Notes: generated by a model from the sequence alone, not told the origin. Shown: positions 39,750 through 49,668, counted from the stretch's first letter. The stretch: 64,000 bases of DNA from Candidatus Fervidifonticultor secundus (GCA_031459385.1 JAVKIP010000002.1:32355-96354); one strand, 5' to 3'. Numbers and translations: made by a program.

Positions 39750-40543
39750 GCCACGCGATGCTCCTCCCCGAGGTAGGCCCGGATGACCTCCGGGTCGCAC
39801 TGGATCTCCTGCGGGAGCCCCTCGGCGATCTGCTTGCCGTAGTCCATGGCGATCAGTCGGTCGCACAGGTCCATGATGACGCCCATGTCGTGCTCGATGA
39901 GGATCATCGGGAGCCCGCGCACCTCGCGCAGCTCCAGGAGGTAGCGGGCCATGTCGGTCTTCTCATCGGCGCTCATGCCCGCCATGGGTTCGTCCAACAG
40001 GAGCAGGCGGGGCTCCATGGCCAGCGCGCGTCCCAGCTCCACCTTCTTCTGCACGCCGTAGGGCAGTTCGGCCACGCGGTGTCCGCGGTGCTCTTCCAGT
40101 TCCAGGAAGTCGATGATCTCCTCCACGCGGGCCCGGTGAGCGAGGAACTCGCGCTCGGCAGGCCCCCAGTAGATGCCCGAGGCCAGCACCCCCGCCCGCA
40201 TGTGGATCAGGCGGCCTGAGAGGATATTGGCCAGCACCGTCATGCCTGGGTAGAGCGCGATGTTCTGGAACGTGCGCGCCAGCCCCAGCGCCGCCCGCTG
40301 GTGGGGCGGCAGCCGGGTCACGTCGCGCCCGAAGAAGGTGATGCGCCCGTCCTGGGGATGGTAGAACCCGCTGATGGCGTTGAGGACGCTGGTCTTCCCT
40401 GCACCGTTGGGCCCGATGATACCCAGCAGCTCCCCGGCGCGCACGGTGAACGAGAGGTCGCTCACAGCGGTAATACCGGCGAACCGGAGCGTGATCCGCT
40501 CCACGGTCAGCACCGTGTCCGCGAGGGGGATCGGCGGACCCAC
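39746..40543 (-). CDS. LivG-like ABC ATPase
   Basis: GPNGAGKTS, RTFQN, LPYGVQKKVELGRAL and AYLG. Confidence 0.92.
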   Translation of the reverse strand: MGPPIPLADTVLTVERITLRFAGITAVSDLSFTVRAGELLGIIGPNGAGKTSVLNAISGFYHPQDGRITFFGRDVTRLPPHQRAALGLARTFQNIALYPGMTVLANILSGRLIHMRAGVLASGIYWGPAEREFLAHRARVEEIIDFLELEEHRGHRVAELPYGVQKKVELGRALAMEPRLLLLDEPMAGMSADEKTDMARYLLELREVRGLPMILIEHDMGVIMDLCDRLIAMDYGKQIAEGLPQEIQCDPEVIRAYLGEEHRVA

Positions 40544-40642
40544 GGCCTACAGATTAGGTCCGCCGGAGGCCCATTCCTGCCCGGCAGGAGGCCCAGGACC
40601 GCCGCGGAAGACCACGGCGTACCGCGGGAGACGGAGGCAGCG

Positions 40643-41890
40643 ATGGACGAACTCTGGAGCCCTGCGGAGGCGTGGTCGGCGGCCGTCCGGCGCACCTGGC
40701 AGGACCAGCGGTTGCGTGAGATCGTCGCCGCCGCCTGGCCCCACGCGCCGGCGCTGCGGGAGGCGCTCGAGGGCGCGGGTGCTTCCGCTGCGGAGATCTC
40801 GCTGGACCTGCTTCCCCGGTTGCCCGTGCTGCGGAAGGACGCGCTGCCGGCGCTGCAGCGGCAACGTCCCCCATTTGGGGGGTGGCTCGGAACGCCGCTG
40901 GCCGCGCTGGGGCGCATCTACCGGTCGCCCGGGCCGATCCTCGACCCGGAAGGCCGCGAGGAGGACTACTGGCGGTTCGCCCCGGCGCTGTTCGCGGCGG
41001 GCTTCCGGGCTGGCGAGGTGGTGCTGAACACGCTGGCCTACCAGCTGACGCCGGCAGGGCTGATGTTCGACGGTGCGTTGCGGGTGCTGGGTTGTCCGGT
41101 CGTGCCCGCCGGTCCCGGCAACACTGAGACGCAGGTGTCGCTGCTGGCGCAGGTGGGCATCACGGGCTACATCGGCACGCCGAGCTTCCTGGCGACGCTG
41201 CTCGACGCCGCGGCGACAGCCGGGCGGCCCGTGACGCTGCGGCGAGCGTTCGTGATCGCCGAGATGCTGCCCGAAGCGCTGCGGCAGCAGGTGCAGGCCA
41301 CCCACGGCGTGGAGGTGAGTCAGGGCTACGGCACCGCCGACGTGGGCTCGGTCGCCTACGAGTGCTCGCGCCGCCAGGGCATGCACATCTGGCACGAGCT
41401 GATCGTGGAGCTGCTCGACCCCCAGACCGGTCAACCGGTGCCGGCCGGCGCGCCGGGCGAGGTGGTCGTGACCGCGTTGAACCCCGTCTACCCGCTGCTG
41501 CGGCTCGCCACCGGCGATCTGGCCGTCATGGCCGAGGGCGCCTGCCCCTGTGGCCGCACGGCACCGCGCATCGGGCGGATCCTCGGCAGGGTCGGCGACG
41601 CCGTGAAGGTCCGGGGCATGTTCGTGCACCCCGCGGAGATCGACCTGATCATGGCTCGCCACCCCGAGGTGGCTCGCTATCAGGTCGCGGTGTCGCGCAC
41701 GGGACACCAGGACGAGATGCGCCTGCGCATCGAGCTCCGGCCCGGCGCCGTGGCCACCGATGGGCTGACCCAGCGCCTGCGGCAGGCGATCCATGAGGGT
41801 GTCCGGCTCCGGTGCGAGATCGACCTGGTTCCACCCGGCGCGTTGCCCGCCGACGCCAGGAAGATCGTAGACGAACGGCGCTGGGAGTGA
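40643..41890 (+). CDS. Phenylacetate-CoA ligase-like (PaaK family) adenylate-forming enzyme
   Basis: SPGPI.DPE, GTPSFL, YGTAD, RLATGD, GRVGDAVKVRGMFVHP and DERRW. Confidence 0.85.
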   Translation: MDELWSPAEAWSAAVRRTWQDQRLREIVAAAWPHAPALREALEGAGASAAEISLDLLPRLPVLRKDALPALQRQRPPFGGWLGTPLAALGRIYRSPGPILDPEGREEDYWRFAPALFAAGFRAGEVVLNTLAYQLTPAGLMFDGALRVLGCPVVPAGPGNTETQVSLLAQVGITGYIGTPSFLATLLDAAATAGRPVTLRRAFVIAEMLPEALRQQVQATHGVEVSQGYGTADVGSVAYECSRRQGMHIWHELIVELLDPQTGQPVPAGAPGEVVVTALNPVYPLLRLATGDLAVMAEGACPCGRTAPRIGRILGRVGDAVKVRGMFVHPAEIDLIMARHPEVARYQVAVSRTGHQDEMRLRIELRPGAVATDGLTQRLRQAIHEGVRLRCEIDLVPPGALPADARKIVDERRWE

Positions 41891-42017
41891 GCCTGGAGGG
41901 TACGCGTCGCGGCTCCCCGAGGATGTTCCCCGCGGTCCCTGACGAGCCGCGGCGCATGGCGATCCGCCGTGCGCGGGAAGCCGCGGGTGATGGCGCAGGG
42001 CCGCGGGGACGGTCGCG

Positions 42018-42046
42018 TTGACACCCGGGGGCACGCGTGCTAGATT
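42018..42046 (+). promoter_or_regulatory. sigma70 promoter for the lysA-M50-scpAB operon
   Basis: TTGACA(42018-23)-N17-TAGATT(42041-46) with extended -10 TG. Confidence 0.8.
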
Positions 42047-42078
42047 GGCACCGATCTCGCACACGGTATGCCTGCGCG

Positions 42079-43443
42079 ATGCCGGTCACCGATGACGCTG
42101 CGATGACGACGCCCCGCCGCCACGGCTTCGACGTCAACGGCCGCGGGCATCTCGTCATCGGAGGCGTGGACGCCGCCGAGCTCGCGGCACGGTTCGGTAC
42201 GCCCCTGCACGTCTTCGACGAGGCGCGCCTGCGCGCCAACTGCCGCACGTACCTCGAGACCCTGCGCGCCTCCTACCCTGGCCCGGGCCGGGTGCTGTTC
42301 GCCAGCAAGGCATTCTGTACCATTGCGTCGTGCCAGCTCGTCTACGAGGAAGGCCTGGGCCTCGATGTGGTCAGCATGGGTGAGATCCACACGACGCGGC
42401 TTGCCGGGGTGCCCGGGGACGCCCTGGTCTTCCACGGCAGCAACAAGACTCCTGAGGAACTCACCTACGCGCTCGATGCCGGCGTGGGCCGCTTCATGGT
42501 GGACAACGAGTACGAGCTGCAGACCCTCGACCGGCTGGCCCAGCACCGCGGCATCGTGGCCGACATCCTCCTGCGGGTGACACCGGGCATCGAGCCGCAC
42601 ACGCACAAAGCCATCCAGACCGGCGGCGTCGACACGAAGTTCGGGTTCGGACTCCTGGGGTCCGCGGCCGAGCGGGCGGTGCGTCAGGCGCTGGCGGCGC
42701 GCGGGCTGCGGCTGCGCGGCCTGCACTCGCACATCGGGTCGCAGATCCTCGACGTCGAACCGTTCCTGCTGGCTGCCCGCGCCGTCATCGCGTTCGCCGC
42801 CGAGATGCGGGGTGCCGGCCTGCAGCTGGAGGAGCTCAACCTGGGCGGCGGACTGGGCATCCGGTACGTCGCCGACCAGGCGCCGCCCGACCGGGCCGCG
42901 TTCGTGCGCACGCTGGCTGCCACGGTCCAGGCGCTGCTCCGCCAGCACCGCCTGCCCCTGCCGGCGCTGGCGCTGGAGCCCGGTCGCTCCATCGTGGGCG
43001 ACGCTGGGGTGACGCTGTACAGGGCAGGGGCCATCAAGACGATTCCGGGGATCCGCACGTATGTCTCCGTCGACGGCGGCATGTACGAGAACCCACGGCC
43101 CGCGCTCTACGGTGCCAGGTACGAGGCGGTGGTGGCCACGCGCGCCGATGCTGCCCCGACCCAGACCGTGGCGCTGGCGGGCCGTTGCTGCGAGTCTGGC
43201 GACGTTCTCATCTGGGACGCAGCGCTGCCGGACGTGCGGGAGGGCGACCTGATCGCCGTGTTCGCCACCGGTGCGTACACCTACTCGATGGCCGGCAACT
43301 ACAACCGGTACTCGCGGCCTGCGGTGGTCTTCGCGCGGGACGGCGAAGCTGACGTCGTGGTGGCCCGCGAGACGTTGGACGACCTGGTGCGGCTCGATCG
43401 GCCGCTGCGGCGCCGCGCCGTGGGGTCGGCCGCGCCGCGCTGA
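42079..43443 (+). CDS. lysA: Diaminopimelate decarboxylase
   Basis: FGTP, FASKA (PLP Lys), KFG, HIGSQI, GGG, EPGR, CESGD and GAY. Alternative start 42103. Confidence 0.95.
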   Translation: MPVTDDAAMTTPRRHGFDVNGRGHLVIGGVDAAELAARFGTPLHVFDEARLRANCRTYLETLRASYPGPGRVLFASKAFCTIASCQLVYEEGLGLDVVSMGEIHTTRLAGVPGDALVFHGSNKTPEELTYALDAGVGRFMVDNEYELQTLDRLAQHRGIVADILLRVTPGIEPHTHKAIQTGGVDTKFGFGLLGSAAERAVRQALAARGLRLRGLHSHIGSQILDVEPFLLAARAVIAFAAEMRGAGLQLEELNLGGGLGIRYVADQAPPDRAAFVRTLAATVQALLRQHRLPLPALALEPGRSIVGDAGVTLYRAGAIKTIPGIRTYVSVDGGMYENPRPALYGARYEAVVATRADAAPTQTVALAGRCCESGDVLIWDAALPDVREGDLIAVFATGAYTYSMAGNYNRYSRPAVVFARDGEADVVVARETLDDLVRLDRPLRRRAVGSAAPR

Positions 43444-44060
43444 TGCTGGGTCTCGCGCCGCAGACGCTCGTCTTCCGTCTCGTCGCGCTGCTGGTGGCTG
43501 CCACCGTCCACGAGTTCGCCCACGCCTGGATGGCCAACCGGCTGGGCGACCCCACGCCGCGGCTGCGCGGACGCCTGTCGCTGAACCCGCTGGTCCACCT
43601 GGATCTGGTCGGCTCGCTCCTGCTGCTCCTCGTGGGGTTCGGCTGGGCGAAGCCGGTCGAGGTGAACCCGCGGTACTTCCTGCGCGGGCGGCAGGGGATG
43701 ATGCTCGTGGCAGCAGCGGGGCCGCTGGCGAACGTGACGCTGCTGTTCCTGCTCGGGCTCTTGGTGCAGGGCGGGCCGGTGGTCAGCGACACGGTGCTCG
43801 GCCGGCTCGTCTTCACCACCATGGTGATCAATGCAGTGCTGGCCGTGTTCAATCTGATCCCCATTCCGCCACTGGACGGGTCGAAGATCCTGGCCGGCCT
43901 GCTGCCGCCCCAGCAGGCGCTCGCCCTCGACCGGGTGCAGCAGTACGGCCCGCTGGTCCTCCTGGTTCTGATCGTGCTCCCGGGAAATCTCGTCGGGCGC
44001 ATCATCTGGCCGCCGACGCAGTGGCTCGTTCGGCTGGCCCTGGGCGCAGGGGCCTTCTGA
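43443..44060 (+). CDS. Site-2 protease (M50) family
   Basis: HEFAH, GDPT, AGP..N and FNLIPIPPLDG. Confidence 0.93.
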   Translation: MLGLAPQTLVFRLVALLVAATVHEFAHAWMANRLGDPTPRLRGRLSLNPLVHLDLVGSLLLLLVGFGWAKPVEVNPRYFLRGRQGMMLVAAAGPLANVTLLFLLGLLVQGGPVVSDTVLGRLVFTTMVINAVLAVFNLIPIPPLDGSKILAGLLPPQQALALDRVQQYGPLVLLVLIVLPGNLVGRIIWPPTQWLVRLALGAGAF

Positions 44061-44875
44061 TGCGCGAAGCCGGAGCCCCCCGGGGCCCGGCGGACGAGCC
44101 GCAGGGTGACGTGCGGGGGGGTGGGCCGGGTCGGGAGCCGGGCCCGGGGGGGCGCAGCGGCGCAGCCACCTATACCGTCAAGGTGCCGGGCTTCGAGGGG
44201 CCGCTGGATTTGCTGCTCGCGCTGGCCCATCGCGGCGACGTCGACCTCTCGAAGATCGCCCTGACCGACCTGGCGCGCGACCTCCTGGAGCGCGCCAGGC
44301 GTCAGCTCGATCTCACCGAGGCCACCGAAGCGCTGTGGATGCTGGCCGCCCTGGTCGAGATGAAGGCAAAGCTGCTGCTGCCCAAGCCGCCGCCGGCCGA
44401 GCCGCTGCCGGAACCCGAGGCCTCTGACCTGCCCGAGCGGCTGGAGGAGCAGTTCGCGGAGTACCGGGCGTTCCGGGACGCGGCGGAGGCGCTGCGCGCC
44501 CTGGAGGAGCTGCAGCAGCGTATCTTCCTGCGCCCGCCGCAGGACCCGGAGCCCTCGGCGCTCCTGCTGGTCGGCTTGAGCCTCGACGACCTGTTCCGGG
44601 CCTTTCAGACGGTGCTGGAGCGCGCGCGGCGCAACCAGGCAGCCGAGGTCGTCGCCGAGCCCGTGCGCGTCGCCGACCGCATGGCGGCGATTCTCGACGC
44701 TCTCCAGCGCGCGCCCGCCGGCGTCACCTTCGACGCGCTGTTTCCTGACCGCGTGACGACCGTCATGATCGTCGTGACGTTCCTGGCCCTCCTGGAGCTC
44801 ATCAAGGACCGGAAGGTCCGGGCCGAGCAGGAAGGGCCCCTGGCGCCGATTCGCGTGCGAGCGGTGGCGGCGTGA
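44060..44875 (+). CDS. scpA: Segregation and condensation protein A
   Basis: FEGPLDLLL, MKAKLLLP and VTFLALLELIK. Confidence 0.93.
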   Translation: MREAGAPRGPADEPQGDVRGGGPGREPGPGGRSGAATYTVKVPGFEGPLDLLLALAHRGDVDLSKIALTDLARDLLERARRQLDLTEATEALWMLAALVEMKAKLLLPKPPPAEPLPEPEASDLPERLEEQFAEYRAFRDAAEALRALEELQQRIFLRPPQDPEPSALLLVGLSLDDLFRAFQTVLERARRNQAAEVVAEPVRVADRMAAILDALQRAPAGVTFDALFPDRVTTVMIVVTFLALLELIKDRKVRAEQEGPLAPIRVRAVAA

Positions 44876-45462
44876 CCGACGAGGTCGTGCCCGCAGGCGT
44901 GGCCGTGGAGGCCGAGGCGACGGACGCCGCGCTGGTACACCTCGCTGCCGTCGTGGAGGGGATTCTCTTCGTGGCCGGAGGACCGGTGGCGGCACGGCAG
45001 CTGGCCGAGGTGACCGGCGCAGCGCCCGAGCGCGTGACGCAAGCCCTGGCCATGCTGCAGAGGCGCCTGACCGGCAGCGGGCTGCTCGTCCAGGCCGTGG
45101 CCGGCGGCTACCAGCTGGGAACGCGCCCCGAGCACGCCGAGGTCATCCAGCGGTTCCTCCAGGCTGAACATCGCGAGCGGCTCACGAAGGGTGCGCTGGA
45201 GGTGCTGGCCATCATCGCCTACCGCCAGCCGTGCACGCGCGGGGAGGTCGAGCAGATCCGCGGGTCGCGCAGCGACTGGCACATCGAGCGGTTGCTGGAG
45301 CGCCAGCTCATCCGCGAGGTCGGGCGGCGCGAGGCGCCCGGCCGTCCGGTCCTGTTCGGCACCACCGAGCTGTTCCTGCGGTACTTCGGCCTGCGGGATC
45401 TGAGCGACCTGCCGCCGCTCGGCGAGCGCGGCGTCCAGGTGCTGCTCGACACACTGCGCTGA
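44872..45462 (+). CDS. scpB: Segregation and condensation protein B
   Basis: EGILF, ALEVLAIIAYRQP.TR and PGRP..FGTT..FL..FGL..L.DLP. Confidence 0.95.
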   Translation: MTDEVVPAGVAVEAEATDAALVHLAAVVEGILFVAGGPVAARQLAEVTGAAPERVTQALAMLQRRLTGSGLLVQAVAGGYQLGTRPEHAEVIQRFLQAEHRERLTKGALEVLAIIAYRQPCTRGEVEQIRGSRSDWHIERLLERQLIREVGRREAPGRPVLFGTTELFLRYFGLRDLSDLPPLGERGVQVLLDTLR

Positions 45463-46559
45463 TGCGACCGCGGCCTGTCGCCGCCCTCTGGCTGTCCGTG
45501 GCTGTCGTCCTGGCCGGCGCGGTCCTGGCTGGCGCTGCCTCCGGCGGGGTCGCACGTGGGGCGCCTGAGGCGTCGCTGGCGTCCGGTGCCGCGGCTGCCG
45601 TGCTGATGGACGTGCGCACGGGCACGGTGCTCTACGCCCTCGATGCGCACCGCCGGCTGGCACCGGCGTCCACCACGAAGATCCTCACGGCGGTCCTGGT
45701 CCTGGAACGGCTGCCGCTGTCCGCGACCGTGACCATCAGCGAGCGTGCAGCGGCGCAGCGCAACGGCGCCGCCGTGGGCCTGGAGCCCGGGGACCAGTGG
45801 ACGGTGGAGGACCTGCTGCACGCGATGCTGGTGCGGTCGGCCAACGACGCGGCCGTGGCGCTGGCCGAGGCCGCGGCCGGCAGCGTGGAGCGGTTCGTCG
45901 CGCTGATGAACGCCCGGGCGCAGAGCCTGGGTGCGCGCAACACGCGGTTCGCCAACCCCCACGGGCTCGACCACTCCGACCACTACAGCACCGCCTATGA
46001 CCTGGCGGTCCTCGCGCGGTACGGCCTGCACCACCCCGTGTTCGCCTCGCTGGTCCGCACGCGGGCGTGGGTGCTGCGGCGGCCCGGCCGCGAGCCCCAG
46101 GAACTCCCGTCCACCAACCGGTTCCTGGCGCGCTACGACGGTGCCGACGGCGTGAAGACCGGCTGGACCGCGCGCTCCGGCCCCTGCCTGGTGGCCTCGG
46201 CGACGCGGGACGGCTGGCAGCTCCTGGCCGTCGTGCTCAACAGCGCCGATGTCGTTTCCACCGCCGGGCGCTTGCTGGACTACGGGTTCTCGACGTTCGA
46301 GCCGGTGCGGGTGGCCGAGCGAGGCCAGCGCCTCGCGACGGTACCCGTCGGGCGCCGCGCGCAGGTCGAGGCCGTGCTCGCAAGCGATCTGTACGCGGTG
46401 ATACCACGGGGTGCCACCGTGACGCCACGCGTGCGCCTGCGCGAGCCGCTGGCCCCACCACTGGCTGCCGGTGCGGTCGTGGGGCACGTGGAGGTCGTCT
46501 CGGGCGGCACCGTCGTGGCGAGGGCGCCGCTGGTGGCGGCCCGCGGCGTCCCGCGGTAA
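45462..46559 (+). CDS. D-alanyl-D-alanine carboxypeptidase (S11)
   Basis: ASTTK (SxxK), SAND, NPHGL, KTG and a PBP5_C-like tail. Confidence 0.92.
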   Translation: MRPRPVAALWLSVAVVLAGAVLAGAASGGVARGAPEASLASGAAAAVLMDVRTGTVLYALDAHRRLAPASTTKILTAVLVLERLPLSATVTISERAAAQRNGAAVGLEPGDQWTVEDLLHAMLVRSANDAAVALAEAAAGSVERFVALMNARAQSLGARNTRFANPHGLDHSDHYSTAYDLAVLARYGLHHPVFASLVRTRAWVLRRPGREPQELPSTNRFLARYDGADGVKTGWTARSGPCLVASATRDGWQLLAVVLNSADVVSTAGRLLDYGFSTFEPVRVAERGQRLATVPVGRRAQVEAVLASDLYAVIPRGATVTPRVRLREPLAPPLAAGAVVGHVEVVSGGTVVARAPLVAARGVPR

Positions 46560-46565
46560 CACCGC

Positions 46566-47036
46566 ATGGCGGCCGACCGCCGGACGTGGGAGGCCCGCTC
46601 CCGGTCCCTGGCCTGGCCCCACGACGGCGCGCCCTCGGCCGTGCTGGTCCGGTGGGCCGCCCGCGTGCCGCCGGGTCGGGCACTGGACTAGATCGTGGCG
46701 GATCTCGATCGCTACCCGCTGGCGCGGGCGCGGTACGACCTGGTGGTGAACACGTTTTTCCTCAGGCCGCGCCTGGTGCCGCGGCTGATGGCTGCGGTGC
46801 GCCCCGGCGGGCTGCTGGTGGTGGAGACGCACCTGGTGAGCCAGCAGCCGTCCGCCGGCCCAACCCAGGAACGGGGCGCGCACGGGCTGCGGTCCGGCGA
46901 GTTGCGGCGGCGGTTCAGCGCCTGGGAGGTCCTCGAGGTGGCAGAGGGCTACTTCACCGAGGGGGGCTGGGGCCGGTGGCTGGGCCGGATCGTGGCGCGC
47001 CGGCCACGGCGCCGCGCCCGGCGGAGGAGTCCGTGA
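46566..47036 (+). pseudogene. Class I SAM methyltransferase (TehB-like) pseudogene with internal deletion and in-frame TAG
   Basis: One frame reads MAADRRTWEAR..PPGRALD*IVADLDRYPL..YDLVV..VRPGGLLVVET. TAG at 46689-91; the Gly-rich motif I is missing. Confidence 0.75.
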
Positions 47037-47716
47037 GCCGGCGGCCGCCGGTGGTGGCCATTGATGGTCGGAGCGCCTCGGGTAAGTCCACCGTGGCCGA
47101 GGCGGTCGCGATCCGGCTCGGCTTCCGGCACGTGGACACTGGCGCCATGTATCGGTCCGTGGCGCTGGCCGCCCTGCGGCGGGGGATACCGCTGCACGAC
47201 GCCGACGCCCTCGCGGCCCTGGCTGCCTCTCTGGAGATCGACCTGCGCGCCGCGGCAGGGGGCAGCCGTGTTATCGTCGACGGCGAGGACGTCACCGAGG
47301 CCATCCGCGCGCCGGAGGTCGGCGACGCCGCCTCCGTGGTGAGCGCCGTGCCCGGCGTGCGCGCGGCCCTCGTGGCGCGGCAGCGCCAGCTGGGGCAGAC
47401 CGGCGCCGTGGTCGTGGAGGGGCGCGACATCGGCACCGTGGTCTTTCCGGATGCCGAGGTCAAGGTGTTCCTCGACGCGTCGCTGGAGGAGCGCGCCCGT
47501 CGGCGCCACGAAGAGCTGGCCGCGCGCGGTGTTCGTGTGGATCTGGACGACGTGCGGCGCCAGCAGGCCGAGCGCGACCGTCGCGACGAGACGCGGGCCG
47601 TCTCGCCCCTGCGGCCGGCAGCCGACGCGGTCGTCATCGATACCACCGGACGCGACGCGCAGGACGTCGTCGAGGAGATCGTCCGGCTGGTGCGCGAGCG
47701 GACCCGTGTGGTATAG
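47033..47716 (+). CDS. cmk: Cytidylate kinase
   Basis: AIDGRSASGKST, DTGAMYR, EGRDIGTVVFP and RD..D..R..SPL. Confidence 0.96.
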   Translation: MSRRPPVVAIDGRSASGKSTVAEAVAIRLGFRHVDTGAMYRSVALAALRRGIPLHDADALAALAASLEIDLRAAAGGSRVIVDGEDVTEAIRAPEVGDAASVVSAVPGVRAALVARQRQLGQTGAVVVEGRDIGTVVFPDAEVKVFLDASLEERARRRHEELAARGVRVDLDDVRRQQAERDRRDETRAVSPLRPAADAVVIDTTGRDAQDVVEEIVRLVRERTRVV

Positions 47717-48371
47717 GCTCTGGAAGCGCTTCTTCCTGACCTGGTTCCGGCTGCAGTTCCGCTTCCGCGTGGAAGGCGCGCAGCACGAGCCCGCCGACGG
47801 GCCCGTCCTGGTCATCGCCAACCACACCAGCGCGGCCGATCCGGTGCTCGTGGCCGTCGCCCTGCGGCGCCGCGTGCTGACCATGGGCAAGGAGGAGCTG
47901 TTCCGCGTGCCGGTCCTGGCGTGGTGGCTGCGGTCCCTGGGCGGGTTCCCCGTGCGGCGCGGCGAGCCCGACCGCCAGGCGCTGCGGCTCGCTGCCGCCG
48001 AGCTGGCGCGCGGCGGGGCGGTCGTGATCTTTCCCGAGGGCACGCGCAGCACCGACGGTCGCCTGCAGCCGGCCGAGCCGGGCGCCGCCCTGCTGGCGTT
48101 GCGCAGCGGCGCGCCGGTACTGCCGGTGGCGGTGGTGGGCGCGCACCGCGTGCTGCCCAAGGGGGCGCGCCTGCCGCGCCCGCGGCCGATCGTCGTCCGG
48201 CTGGGCCCACTGCTGCACCCGCCCCGCCTGGAGGGCCGCATCGACCGCGAGGCGCTGGAAGCCTGGGGACGGCGCTTCATCGATGCGCTGACGGCGCTGC
48301 TCCCGCCCGACCAGCAGCCCGCGTCCGGGGCTACGGTGCCAGCACCGTCAGGGCCTGCGGCAGCACGCTGA
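47706..48371 (+). CDS. plsC: 1-acyl-sn-glycerol-3-phosphate acyltransferase
   Basis: NHTSAAD (HX4D), KEELF and IFPEGTRS. Confidence 0.92.
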   Translation: MWYRLWKRFFLTWFRLQFRFRVEGAQHEPADGPVLVIANHTSAADPVLVAVALRRRVLTMGKEELFRVPVLAWWLRSLGGFPVRRGEPDRQALRLAAAELARGGAVVIFPEGTRSTDGRLQPAEPGAALLALRSGAPVLPVAVVGAHRVLPKGARLPRPRPIVVRLGPLLHPPRLEGRIDREALEAWGRRFIDALTALLPPDQQPASGATVPAPSGPAAAR

Positions 48372-49200
48372 ACGTCGCGGGGAGACGGCCGACGAGCTCG
48401 CCGTCGGCCTGGATGGGCAGCGGCCGCACCCCGTCCACGCGAATCACGCGCCCGCGGACCTGCCGCACTTTGGCGTGGCCGAGGTGGCGGCCCGAGAACA
48501 CCTTCGGGAGCACCGCCAGCGTCTCGAGCCGGCCCAGGGGGCCCGCGACGACCGCGTCGAGCAGGCCGTCATCCGGCCGGGCGGCCGGGACGAGCCACAT
48601 GCCGCCTGCGTTCCACGCCGTGTTGCCCACCGCTACCAGGAAGACGCGCTCGCGCGTGCGGACGCCGTCGACGTCCAGGGCCACCTCGACCGGCGCGTAG
48701 GTCGCCAGCGTCGCGAGAATGCCGGCCACGTACAACAGCGTGCCGCCGACGACCTTCGGCCAGCGGTTCACCCGCGCCGCGACCTCGCCATCGAACCCGA
48801 CCCCGGCGACGGTGAGGAAGTACCGGTCGTTGACGCGGCCCACGTCGACCTGCCGGTGCTCGCAGCCCGGTAGCGCCCGGGCGGCGGCGATCGGATCACG
48901 CGGCATCCCCATCGCGCGGGCGAAGTCACACCCGGTACCCACGGGCACGATGCCCACCGGCACCTGCCCGCCCGCAGCCAGCACGCCGTTGACCACCTCG
49001 TGCACCGTGCCGTCCCCACCCACGGCCAGAATCAGGTCGGCGCGGGCGGCGCGCGCGACCTCCATGGCGTGGCCGCGACGCTCCGTGAGTGATGTCGTCA
49101 CCGACCAGCCCGCCTGCTCCAGCACCAGGCGAACCCGGGGCCAGATGCGGCCGCCGCGACCCCATCCGGCCTGCGGGTTGACGACGGCGTGGACGCGCAC
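48331..49200 (-). CDS. Diacylglycerol/lipid kinase family (YegS/DgkB-like)
   Basis: VNPQAG, GGDGT..EV.NG, P.GT..DFAR, G.GFD and Q.DGE. Confidence 0.92.
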   Translation of the reverse strand: MRVHAVVNPQAGWGRGGRIWPRVRLVLEQAGWSVTTSLTERRGHAMEVARAARADLILAVGGDGTVHEVVNGVLAAGGQVPVGIVPVGTGCDFARAMGMPRDPIAAARALPGCEHRQVDVGRVNDRYFLTVAGVGFDGEVAARVNRWPKVVGGTLLYVAGILATLATYAPVEVALDVDGVRTRERVFLVAVGNTAWNAGGMWLVPAARPDDGLLDAVVAGPLGRLETLAVLPKVFSGRHLGHAKVRQVRGRVIRVDGVRPLPIQADGELVGRLPATFSVLPQALTVLAP

Positions 49201-49311
49201 GGCTCCCTCCGAAGGGAACGTCCCATGACAACTACGGAGGCCCGGGGGCGACTCCTGCTCCTGGCAGGAGTCGCGGGCTGCGGGAGCGGACTGTTACGCA
49301 CGGGGACGCTG

Positions 49312-49668
49312 ATGGAGTTGCCGGTCGTGGTGGAAGTCCTGGCCCCGGGCCTCGCCGGTGCAGCGGTGGGCCGCCCGGCCCGTGGCGCGCCGATGGGCGG
49401 GTGCGACCTGGAGCGGTCGGACGACACCTTCCACCTGTTCCGCGTGCTGGATCGGTTGCGGGAAGTCTTCGCCGACCGCGTCGTGGTCCACTTGCTGGAA
49501 CCGTTCTCGCTTCCCTGGATCGTCCGCGTCGTGCGGTTCCGGCCGCGGCGCTACCCGGCCTTCATCGTGGGTGGCCACGAGCTGATCGCCGGGCTCGACG
49601 AGCGCACGCTCTTCCGGGCGGTGGACGCCCGGCTCGGGGCGATCTCGGGCGCGGGGCACACCGCCTGA
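49312..49668 (+). CDS. Hypothetical protein (possibly thioredoxin-like fold)
   Basis: ORF with GC3-biased codons and C-terminal 'RRYPAFIVGG'. Start uncertain (49225 or 49312). Confidence 0.55.
   Translation: MELPVVVEVLAPGLAGAAVGRPARGAPMGGCDLERSDDTFHLFRVLDRLREVFADRVVVHLLEPFSLPWIVRVVRFRPRRYPAFIVGGHELIAGLDERTLFRAVDARLGAISGAGHTA

Noticed and set aside
46689..46691. In-frame TAG as possible pyrrolysine or readthrough
   Set aside because: It coincides with loss of the SAM-binding motif, so readthrough would not restore a functional enzyme. No pyl genes are in the window.
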